A stretch of DNA of 63,907 nucleotides, filler included, from Basidiobolus meristosporus CBS 931.73 (taxonomy: Eukaryota; Fungi; Basidiobolomycota), in assembly GCA_002104905.1 (NCBI GenBank). It is 3 parts of 3 records of this genome, joined end to end, with 100 filler letters (N's around TTAATTAATTAA, not from the genome) between each part and the next. Parts side by side here need not be neighbours in the genome. Positions count along the whole stretch, not along the records: positions 1 to 31,171 come from MCFE01000841.1; positions 31,272 to 55,013 come from MCFE01000960.1; 1 more part is not named here. One strand, 5' to 3'. The translations under genes and the position numbers were made by a program. Shown here in pieces: positions 25,601 to 36,808 of this stretch; the stretch's first letter is position 1; each line of letters starts with the position of its first letter. A model generated the notes under the pieces. It was given only the letters and a program-made list of their open reading frames with translations. It ran no database searches and was not told where the DNA came from.

Positions 25601-25619
25601 TACAAGTGTGACCACTTTG

Positions 25620-26218
25620 TGATGGTTTTACTGCCAAATAAAGCTAAAACTTGACAGTCTTGAAATGTTGTTTTGACAAGATTCAAATGGCATTTTAGTA
25701 GTTTTGTTGCAGTCTACATTTATTTCCACAGACTTAACCAGCCAATACATCTAACTGCCTTATATGGCAAAAAACTTAACAGAATTTTAATGGTCTTGCT
25801 GTGGACATCTGTTGGCATTATAATAGTAGTATGGCAGCCTACAGCTAGTTCTGTAAAATGCTGCACGGCAAATTTACCAGACAGTAATTCCTTTTCAACC
25901 TCCCCTTGCACCATTCATGTCTTCTACTCTAGAATCACCCTGATATTTGCTTACCCACCACCACCATGGGTATCCCACATGTAGTTTTAATAAAGAAAAC
26001 TATGGCCTCCTGCATACTAACCTCTACATACCTGCACACCCACTGCAATTGACACACTGCCAACACATTAACTTTACAGCTTTTTGGTGTGGTACTAGCA
26101 AATTTGCATATACTGTGTACAGCTGGTAATATATGCATCTTGAATATATACAATTAGTTGCTGCAAACTTTACCATGAATACCTCCTGAAATGTCCTCAA
26201 AGAACTTCTTGGTACTTA
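25620..26218 (-). pseudogene. 3' part of a CACTA-like transposase; the target of the gypsy insertion (continues at 31156-31171)
   Basis: Homologous to 330-900 and 46500-47070. Left boundary approximate. Confidence 0.75.
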
Positions 26219-29200
26219 TGTTATGACCTGCTGCTTGAATGTTTAAGTTAGATCAGTTTTTGGTCAAATCAATTAGTATATGTTTAGGTTAACAGTATAT
26301 CAGTATTATCTATGAAATCAGTAGCATTAGTCAGCAAATGAATCAGCAGATCCTTATCAGACTGAAATAGATATATTAAGTAGGATCTTATTGGGTGATG
26401 ATGATGCAATCAAATGAGTCATCAGCCACAACCTACATTAGGAAATACAATTAGTCAGCAATTGATCTGGCAAAATGTATTTAAGGAGCTGCTGGAACCT
26501 CAATAAATATCAGTGCAAGTTTTAGTGAATACAATACTAGCTAAACTCCCTATTCCTCTACAACTCTTATATTAAGACTTGTAACATTGGTAGCAGCGAT
26601 AACCAGAAACCTCCCTCCTGAAGAAAGAAGAAACCACCCTCAAGATGTTGGACAATCAAGAATGGAAGAATGCCATGCAGCAAATCCTGGCCCAACAGCA
26701 ACAGCTACTCCAGATCCTCAGCCAACAGCAACAAGGAATGACTACCATGGCTCAGAGCCAGCAAAGCTGTGTCAAGAGCAACTTTAGTGTGAAGGTCAAC
26801 CGGTACCATGGCAGAGTCAATGAAAACCTGGGAACTTGGCTCTTTCAGATTGAAGAAGCTTTTAAAGCTAAAGGAATTGCTCCAGAGAGCAAGTTGCATT
26901 ATGCAGCTTCTTACCTGGCAGATGCAGCTTTACAGTGGTACCACAACAAGATCAGGTCAGCTACTATGATGGGATGCTCTACAATCTCTACCTGGGATGA
27001 GTTTGTGTCAGAAATTCAGAATACTTTTGAACCTCCACACCAGCAGACACTACTAAGAAGGAAGTTAAAGACACTCAGACAGAAAGGAATGGTGCAAGAA
27101 TACATCTATGAGTACAGATGTCTACTTGGACAAATTGAAAGAATGGACCCCTTGGATTAAGTTGAATACTTTATTGATGGGTTGAAAGAAAGAACTCGCA
27201 AGGAAGTCAATTACCAAAGACCTCACACTATTGAAGAAGCCATCAAGATTGCCATTGACTATGACTCAGCTAGGTTTGGAGTTGGGAAGCCTACATTGAC
27301 TAATCAGAAAGGCTATAATCATTATGAAAGAAGACAATCAGAAGCAGTACCAATGGAAATAGATGCTATGCAGAAGAATCCCTCCTCAGAAGAATGCAAG
27401 AAGAGAGGACCTTGCTTCAATTGCCACCAGCAGGGACATATTGCTAAGTACTGCCCTCAGAGAAGAAATGGACACCAGCCAACAAGAACCTTCAACCATA
27501 TTGAGTCCCATGAACACAGTAATATGGAAGATGAGCTTGAAGAAGACTTGGAACTCACCTTCCATATGACAGAAGAGTACTTGTCCCAAATGACTTCAAA
27601 CTCAGGGAAGTTATTGTACTTGAATGGAGTAATCAATGGAGTACCTGCCAAGATCATGATTGACTCAGGAGCATTGCATGAGTACATGTCAGAGCAATTT
27701 GCTTTGAAAGCTGGAATCAACTCGGAACCTTCCAAATCAACTTCAGTTTCCACAGCTGATGGGAACTCCCACATAATCAACCGTATTACCCAGCCAATAA
27801 GAATGAAGATCAATGACTATGAAGAAGACCTACAGGCTTATATATTTGGGAACTGCAAGTTTGACCTTGTACTTGGAAAAACCTGGCTATTTTGTTGTAA
27901 TCCATCAATCAACTGGAGAACCCATGCTACTCAGATCCAAAAAGACAACAAGACCTATGAGCTATTACCTGCCATGCTGGATTTCAACTTGGTCAATTCC
28001 AGTATGTGTGAGACAAGTGAACTTAGCAAGACCCAGTTCTGTAGAGCACTTAGAAAAGATACCGAGATGTTCCTCATGGCGGTATTACAGGAGGATTCCT
28101 CTACCCCTGCACCCCAGCAGGTCCAGACTCTCTTGAAGAAATATTCAGACGTGTTCCCAGATGAGCTTGTAAGCCTACCACCAGTCAGAGACGTGGATCA
28201 TGCCATTGACACAGGAGATAGCCCTCCAGTGAGCAAGACACCTTACAGAATGAGTCCATTAGAATTGGAGGAAATGAAGAAACAAATTGATCAGCTATTG
28301 GAGCAAGGATACATCAGGCCCAGCAAGTCACCCCAGGGAGCACCAGTGCTTTTTGTGAAAAAGAAGGATGGAACACTTAGGATGTGCATTGACTACAGAG
28401 CCCTGAACTCAGTTACCGTCAAGAATAAGTACCCCATACCTTGGATTGATGAGCTTTTAAACCAACTTAATGGAGCCACTATTTTCAGCAAGATTGACCT
28501 CATGTCAGGATACAAACAGATTAGGGTGAAGCCAGAAGACATCCCCAAGACAGCATTCAGGACCAGATATGGACATTACAAGTACTTAGTCATGAGTTTT
28601 GGCCTCACCAATGCCCGTGCAACATTCATGACGCTGATGCAGACTGTCTTTCAGGAGTACTTAGACAAGTTTGTGATAATCTACCTGGATGACATATTGA
28701 TATACAGCAAGACAGAAGAGGATCACGTAGTGCACATTGAAAAGGTCTTGAAGAAACTAAGAGAGAACAAGCTATATGGCAAGCTAGCCAAGTGTGAATT
28801 CTTCAAGGAGCATGTTGAATACCTGGGACACATAGTGACTAGCACAGGAGTAGCCTTAGACCCAAAGAAGGTGGAAGTAATCAAGAACTTGAAGCAGCCC
28901 CATAGCATATCAGAACTCAGATCATTCCTTGGAATGGTTTCCTATTATTGGAGATTTGTCAGGTCCTTTGCAAGTATTGCAGCCCCTTTAACTGATATCC
29001 TCAAGAAAGACAATACCTACAAGTGGGACATAGCTTGTGAGACTGCCTTCCAGACGCTCAAGAATGAACTTGCTAAGCTGCCAAGCCTAAGAATACCAGA
29101 CTTCAGAAAAGAGTTCACTCTGTGCACAGATGCTTCAGATTATGCAATTGGTGGAGTGCTGAGCCAAGAACACAAGGGAAAGGACTACCCTGTTGCCTTT

Positions 29201-31155
29201 GAATCCAAGAAACTGAACTCAGCAGAGCAAAACTATCCAGTCCATGAGAAGGAGATGCTTTCTATAATACACTGTTTGAAGACATGAAGATGCTATATTG
29301 AAGGAGTCAAATGCACTGTGAAGACTGACCATGCCTCCCTCAAGTATATATTTACTCAGAAGGTACTCTCTAGAAGAATGACAAGATGGAGTGAATACAT
29401 TCAGCAATTTGACCTGGAGATTGTCTACTGCCCAGGAAAAAACAACACGGTTGCTGATGCCTTATCAAGATTGGATCAAGTTGCACAACTCAACTTGGTG
29501 CATGAATCAGATTGGCCTAGCCTATTACCAAAGTACTTGGAGGACCAAGCCATTCCTAATGAGGTGGATGAAATTATCAAGAAGATAATCCGTGATGAAG
29601 CCAGCAAATTTCTTGTACAGGATGAAACACTCTACCAAATTGTTGATGGAAGCCCTATTGCCTATTGTCCTTATGTTGCTCGCCTGGATTTAATACATAA
29701 GCTACTCAGTGGATATGGACATCTTGGGATTGAAGGAACCTATAGCCTTGTGAAAGCCAGAGCATGGTGGCCCAGAATGAAACAAGATATTGAGAAGCTA
29801 GTGAAAACATGCCCAAACTGCCAAATCAATCAAGGCCAGCCACAAAGAATTGCCAAACTCTTCCCTTTGGAGCCTGTAAGACCATTCGAGAGATGGGGAA
29901 TTGACTTTATTGGAAGACTGCCAACTACCAGGAAATGCAACCGTTGGATCCTAGTAGCTATTGACCATGCCACTAAATGGCCAGTTGCTAAAGCTGTATC
30001 AATAGCCAGTGAACAAGAAGTTGCAAGTTTCATTTACCATGAGATCCTGATGAAGTTTGGATACTCTGTGGAGATCTTATCCAATAGAGGTGCAAACTTT
30101 ATGGCAAAGACATTCGAGACTTACCTGGAAATGCAGCAGATCAGACACTTGAAAACCTTGGCATATCACCCCAGAACTAATGGAGTCACTGAGCAGTTTA
30201 ATGGATTATTTGGAAAAATGCTGACCAAGTATGCAAATGGATTGTCAGTTTATGGGATGAGTATATAGACCAAGCACTCTTTGCATGCAGAGTCAGAGTA
30301 CACAACACCACCCAGCAATCACCATTTTACTTAGTTTATGTATGTGAACCAAGAATTCCAGGAGATCTCACACAACCAAAGCTTACAGACACCTTAGAAG
30401 ATGAACTCAGTCAGCCAAGTAGACACCAGCAACTGGAACAAAGACGTCAAGAGGCACAGACCAAAGTATCTCAAAGTGCAGAAAAGATGAAGCAGAGATT
30501 TGATAAGACTATAGCACCAGAAGCATTGACAGTTGGGAACTTTGTATTGCTAAGAAACAACACTTGGAAGAAGTTTGAGCCACAATGGACAGGACCATTC
30601 AAGATCATCAGAGAATGTCCATTTGCAACTTACCAACTGGTGGACAAACAAGGTAATATCCGGGAAGACTTAGTGCATAGGGACAGACTCAAGTGTGCAA
30701 GACTTGCTGATAATACTGAACCATCAAGATATTGGTATCACAAGAAAAGAGATTCAGGAGAACCCTCTCAACTTTAGTAGGGGAGAATGTTATGATCTGC
30801 CGCTTGAATGTTTAAGTTAGATCAGTTTTTAGTCAAATCAATTAGTATATGTTTAGGTTATCAGTATATCAGTATTATCTATGAAATCAGTAGCATTAGT
30901 CAGCAAATGAATCAGCAGATCCTTATCAGACAGAAATAGATATATTAAGTAGGAACTTATTGGGTGATGATGATGCAATCAAATGAGTCATCAGCCACAA
31001 CCTACATTAGGAAATACAATTAGTCAGCAATTGATCTGGCAGAATGTATATAAGGAGCTACTGGAACCTCAATAAAAATCAGTTCAAGTTTTAGTGAATA
31101 CAATACTAGCTAAACTCCCTATTCCTCTACAACTCTAATACCAAGACTTGTAACA
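26219..31155 (+). mobile_element. Full-length Ty3/gypsy element (family D)
   Basis: 368-bp LTRs (26219-26586, 30788-31155) differing at roughly 15 sites by eye, 4-bp TSD CTTA, PBS TGGTAGCAGCG (iMet-like), PPT AGTAGGGGAGAA. Confidence 0.95.
26645..30777 (+). pseudogene. gag-pol: gag-pol polyprotein, originally one frame; at least two in-frame stops and a late frameshift
   Basis: Retrotrans_gag-like region, CCHC (CFNCHQQGHIAKYC), protease IDSGA, RT (LRMCIDYRALN, YLDDI), RNase H (CTDAS), integrase (H-H-C-C, WGIDF, HPRTNG, GPF). No chromodomain seen. Confidence 0.93.
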
Positions 31156-31171
31156 CTTAGCCAATATATGC

Positions 31172-31271
31172 NNNNNNNNNNNNNNNNNNNNNNNNNNNNN
31201 NNNNNNNNNNNNNNNTTAATTAATTAANNNNNNNNNNNNNNNNNNNNNNNNNNNNNNNNNNNNNNNNNNNN
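31172..31271. other. Scaffold gap with artificial TTAATTAATTAA linker
   Basis: 44 N + TTAATTAATTAA + 44 N; the same structure recurs at 55014-55113. Confidence 0.95.
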
Positions 31272-34200
31272 CATCCATGAGCGCATTGCTGACACAGCCT
31301 TTTTTGGAATTGCCCTGCTTGATGCACTAAGTGTCAGGGCAGGCAGTTGTCCAGCTGTTTTTGTGCTGTTATTTGCAGCGGTGTTTGGATGGGACCCAGA
31401 CATTGTGACATTATTTTATGACATTTTACATATGAAAGTGAGTCAAACCAATGGGGAAATAGTGATATATATACATAAGTGTCAGGTGACACAGCATTAC
31501 TTACAATGCTAATTGTAGTAGGTCATTATTGAATCCTACATTCATGTAGGTGCAATGTTGTAAATAACAGACTGTTGTATACTGACATCAATATTTAACA
31601 AAAAGTAGCATAAAACCTTTACATTGTTGAGCGTCAAGCTGTATACACTAAGGACAATTTTTTTTGATTCAACTTTGTGACTGCAGTAAGGATGTACTAT
31701 GCAGCTATTGTTACAATTCACTGAGCCATGAAGCACATCAGTGGCATAGGAAGTACTGCAAGGATCATAACCTGTATCTTGCCACACCAGTTGTATTTGT
31801 GCATACATCAGTCACACTGTACTAACAATATCTTACTGGCCACTTAATATTTCTACAACAGCTCTTAGCTGCACTTGTCACCATGTGCAAGCTGAGTCAA
31901 GTGAGTTTGCAACACCATTTGGCTCACCTCAGCCTTCTGACTATGGCCTGTAGAGTAATAGCTCTGATGGAGAAGGCTTACTGATGGATTTAGTGCCTAT
32001 ATCCTCTCACTACAGTATCCACAATGAGACTGGAAAAGTCCTAATATGCAATCAGACAGCACCTTTAGGAAAAAATGGTAAGGAAACATTACAAAGTCAA
32101 GAGAGCTCAGTTGCCCATTTATTTGTAAATAATGCATTGTGGTGGCTAGACCAGGTGGCATGTATCCATCAATATCAGTAATGCAAGCTTTGAGAAGTTA
32201 CTGCCACTTCTTGACAAATCACATCATGTTGCAACTTAACATGTACTTGCTACAAATAGATAACCATCATGTGGCTGGCAATGTATGACCCAGAGATTTT
32301 CCTGATACCAGCATGTGCTAATGGCTGTATGAGATTCACATCAGAAAATACCACCATTGAAAAGTATCTAGCTTGTCTGGAGTCCACTACAACAGGAGGA
32401 AAACACTGTTCACACTCCATATACATGTGGCAGTAATTGCCGGTCAAAAAAACACACACAGTCCAACAAATATTGTGATGTTGTAAAGAACTGCAGTCAG
32501 TATCAATCAGGTGTAAATACTCGTGATATACTTGATGGCAAGCATTAAAAACAGCTGAGAAGCAAGGGCTACCTTACAGATATGTATAACCATGCCTTTG
32601 CCTCTGCACTCAATGGACTCTCATTGACCAAGTACTCTACCAGCAAATCCTGCTGACCACAGATTCTCATTTACTTAAATCTGCTGCTAATCTTATGGCA
32701 TCTGTGTAGAAATACAATTGTAGTCTCCCTGATATCTTGGCATAAATCACTGTCCAGTCAGGATAGCCACACATATCCATTGCCAGCTGAATTTTGAATG
32801 TTATCTAGTGGAATACTAGTATAAGGCCATCATCTCAATGTACACATTATTGTTGGCATCAGAGGCACCCTAGCCATCAGCAAGATAGTCAACTTCACTG
32901 GGTACATTAGATAGTATTGCTGTCCAATTTGTCAAATCCCAGGGATATACTTCATTACTCACACACACATATTTATTATTTTAACACCTACACCACAAGC
33001 ATCATCTTCCCACAGAGAGAATATATAGAAGTCAGCTTGCAACTGCAGCAAAGCTGGCAAGCTATTAACCATTGGCTAACATCTGGTATCAATGAAGCAC
33101 TGGTGATACAAACAATAGAGGGAATCCATTGAAGCCATAGCTTTTCACTGTGAGCAATACACTCCCTTTTCAACAATATCCTTAAACTTGAGACCAAGTT
33201 ATGCATTGCCATTTCAAGTGAAATACAGCCTGTGACCTACCAGAAAAGATGGAAAGAATTAACAAAATATTACAAAGTATTTGGAACCTAAAATAATACT
33301 CTCAAGCCTTAGTCTAAATTAATATGCATATGCAACACTACAAATGCAAGGTCTGGCTGAACTGGTTATGTATTTCATTTCTACCCACAGTACACTGGAA
33401 GCATGGGGAGTCATCTGATTACATTGAAGAAGTAATTATCCAGAAGCAGATCACCAATGCCAATCTGCCACATCTGGAGCTTTTAAGCAAAGTGTTTGCA
33501 ACAGGATTTCAGTGGCTATAATACAAGTATAAATCTGAATGCACAGATATCTGCTGTCACTGCATCCATTCTCTTCTCCACCTTGCTGGTGTATGAAGAA
33601 TATTGGACCTTACTTCAACTTTTTGGAGTTTCCTATGGTGAGGATGTGGGGGGACAGGAAGTGAAGTCAAGTTGTAAGTACTGCCATATCCCAATCTTAT
33701 CAAGAATATTACCTTCAAGGCTCCTATGGGTGAGATGACTTGCAGCAAGAAGGGCAGCCAGAAAGAGTCAGAAAATACAGAGGACAGATGTACATATGGA
33801 GACACCTATGCCTATGGCATTAAGAAGCTAAGCAGCCCCAATGCGCAGGTAATCAGTTAAGTAATGCAAAGTTGGGTTGGGTGCAACGAGCAACTAATTT
33901 TTATCAAGAAAGCTCTACCAAGATATGCCAGATTTCTCAAAGTCACAAGCCAACTTCTACACCATTCAATACGGAATTCAAACAAACAAAAGCCAGAGTG
34001 CTCCTTTAAGGGGACTAGAATCTAGTGGGGAGAAGGAATATGCTGACTAAATACCAAGAAGTTCTTTGCAGATATTTGGGAGGTATTCATGGCAGAAGTG
34101 GCAACAACCAAGCATATGTTTGTAAGATATATATGTTGCCAGCAGTACAAGGTATAAGGCAACTTTGCAAGTATCACATTAATAAGCCATAAAGTTGAGG

Positions 34201-34290
34201 TAATAGAAGTATGGCAATTGTGGAATACCTAAGGTAATAGTGGGTAAGCAAATAAGGAGGGGTAATTTTACAGTGAAATATATGAATTGC
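31272..34290 (+). mobile_element. CACTA-like element, copy C (more diverged, transposase region)
   Basis: Colinear with ~17300-20330; heavily interrupted transposase fragments. Right boundary approximate. Confidence 0.78.
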
Positions 34291-34678
34291 CCAAGCCTAT
34301 GACATCATTAGACAGAGTATTGCCAGAATAAATCCAGAATGTGAAAGTGGTCTTCCTGCTAGGATGGAGGAATACTGACCTGTTGCATACCTTGCAACAC
34401 AATAGTTTTACATGTGAATACCATGCATCCATTAGCACATGCTTGCATCAGGAGGGTCCCTAGGTCATAGGTTGCCAGCTGCACATAAGTTGTCCATTTT
34501 ACAATAGACTTGTTCTGTTGGATAGTGCCACATAGTGCCAGCCTGTTTATGGTACCGGATCAATCTGGCACTATTTGGCACTATAATTTCTACCATCATG
34601 CCAGTGGTAGGTTATAGTTACTGGTAATTTTACTCAATTTTACTTATGTTGCTCAGAGTAGTGCTTTCCTTGCTTTAT

Positions 34679-35562
34679 TTACTCTTCATAATGCTCCAGA
34701 CACATTTCTCTCAGTGGATGTCTTCTTGTATGAATATACTGTGCATTGATAAGTATCTTACCTATTTTACCTATTCTGCTGTGTTCTCCTGTATATGACT
34801 TTCCTCTGTACTTACCTGCCAATATGCTGAATATCTGCAGATATCCAAATGTGTGCCTACCATCCCTCTGAAATGATTAAATATCTCATTGTAGAGCTTC
34901 TGCTTCCTGCTAAGCACACCATTCTTTGGCTTCCAATAAGCTGTAATACATCCTAATCTCTGACAATCCTCTCCTATATAGGCTAAGTCTTCCATACATT
35001 TCTCCCCTCTACTGAATTCTGGATGATTCTCTACCCAGAGTGCTTTGTCATGCCTACTTCCAGCAAATGGCCCACTAAACCAGATGATGTTACCCTCAAT
35101 GTCAGACAGTGCTTGAAACTTCACACAGTGTGCCTTGTACTTGGCATTATAAAAGTGCCTCTACCCTCTAGAAGGTCTGTAAATCCTGACTGGGAAGGTT
35201 TCCAAAATACTTCTTATATGGAACCTGTTGCTGAGCACTCTGGGATATGGAAGTCTATTGGAGCTTCTAAACCCAGTACTCCAAGCTTGCTCTAAGTCAT
35301 TCATACCCTCTGCAAGATGGTTCTCCATTGCTGTCAGCTGAAAATCAAAGCTTCTAGGACTTTTGTTGCCATGGATGGTGGGAAGAAACCTTGTAGGGCA
35401 ATAGTTCTTGTAATAGCAGAGAAGCTTAACAAGGGATCTCCTTGACTAGATTGGGGTAGATGGACCACATTACTTGGTATAGATCTTCTCTAGTGTGCCA
35501 AAAGGAAATCCAGTGGTAGTGATGGGATTGATAAGAAAAGACCATTCAGATGAGTAAGTCAT
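34679..35562 (-). pseudogene. DDE_Tnp_4 (ISL2EU/PIF-Harbinger-type) transposase, copy 1
   Basis: KFQALSDIEGNIIWFSGPFAGSRHD, D-x-AY-x-G and KPKNGVLSRKQKLYN fit the DDE_Tnp_4 pattern; homologous to 53923-54807. Confidence 0.8.
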
Positions 35563-35919
35563 ATTGATATTGGGAGGATTGTACTGAGATGATTTGATTT
35601 TATTTTGCACAATCAGCTTTATTTATCTGATTTTCCATGCACTATGATTGAATCTCCATCAATTGACATGTATCCCATCATTATGTTGCAAAAATCATCC
35701 TCAAACAATGACTGGGTATTATTATTGATGTTTTACTCACAAGTCTATAATCAATTAGGAAATCTGCAATTGATGTGATCTAATCCATGTCAATGTGATC
35801 CAAGATGTATCATGCATAATATATGGAAAATTCAAGAATCACATTAGTTTTCATATGTGCTTCATATAAGACCAGGTTGATACCAATAAACCATTGTATA
35901 AATATCCAAATCCATCACT

Positions 35920-36387
35920 ATGGTCCCTATACCAAGTCTCAACCCATCTTTAGCTCAACCCAGAAAAAATCCATACCCCAGCTCACAAGCATGGTCTGGA
36001 CTGGAAAAGGCAATATTGGATCTGTTCAAGTTCTTGCCAAATGATTTCAGTATGGTGCAAGTGTCCATGATGAGCCTTCATACTGATATTTGGGCACTAC
36101 CCATTAATCTAGCAGAACTAGATACCTCAGAGAGTCAACAAAGATGGAAGAACCTGAGTAGAAAGCTACGCCATGAGTTCTACATTAAGATGCCAGCAGA
36201 TGTGTGTAAGAAGATATATAACAAGACAAGTTTTGAAATCAAGAATGAGCTGAGTGTGAGGGGACTTGATGAGGAAGCTGCGCGGGAAAAATTTTGCGCG
36301 CAATTTGCACAGTACAGGCCAGACATGTTTGTTTGTGCCTTGACTTTGTATACCTTGCTGTGTTGTTGTAATCCATCAATCAACTGA
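35920..36387 (+). CDS. Hypothetical ORF divergent from the DDE_Tnp_4 transposase, truncated at a junction with gypsy DNA
   Basis: 155-codon ORF; its last ~10 codons already match the gypsy protease-RT linker. No domain recognised. Confidence 0.35.
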   Translation: MVPIPSLNPSLAQPRKNPYPSSQAWSGLEKAILDLFKFLPNDFSMVQVSMMSLHTDIWALPINLAELDTSESQQRWKNLSRKLRHEFYIKMPADVCKKIYNKTSFEIKNELSVRGLDEEAAREKFCAQFAQYRPDMFVCALTLYTLLCCCNPSIN

Positions 36388-36808
36388 AGAACCCATGCTG
36401 CTCAGACCAGAAGGACAACAAGAACTATGAGCTATCACTTATTAGACTGAATTTCAACTTGGTCAATTCCAGTGTATGTGAAACAAGTGAGCATAGCAAG
36501 ACACAATTCTGTACAGCACTTGAAAAGGCACCCAGATGTTGCTCATAGTGGTATTACAGGGAAATTCCTTTACTCCAGCATCCCAGTAGGTCCAGACTCT
36601 TTGAAGGAATATTCAGATGTATTTCCAGATGATCTTGCAAGCCTACCACCAGTCAGAGATGTGGGTCATGCCACTTACACAGAAGATAGCCCTCCAGAGA
36701 GTAAGACATCTTGCAGATATGAGTCCATTGGAGTTGGAAGAAATGAAGAGACAGGTAGATCAGTTGTTGGAGCAGAATATATCAGAGCCAGCAAGTCACC
36801 TTGGGGAG

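Noticed and set aside
30487-30777. Chromodomain at the gypsy integrase C-terminus
   Set aside because: The ORF ends shortly after the GPF module with no chromodomain-like motif.
26219-31155. Neurospora-type RIP as the main mutational process
   Set aside because: Depletion is strongest at CpG, differences between the paired LTRs include several transversions, and the duplicated RGS genes are untouched. A formal context analysis is still needed.
31216-31227. TTAATTAATTAA palindrome inside N runs (also 55058-55069)
   Set aside because: It is centred in identical 100-bp gaps and gives stops in all frames, so it is an assembly linker. The '...XXXLIN' end of the 375-aa ORF is an artefact of it.
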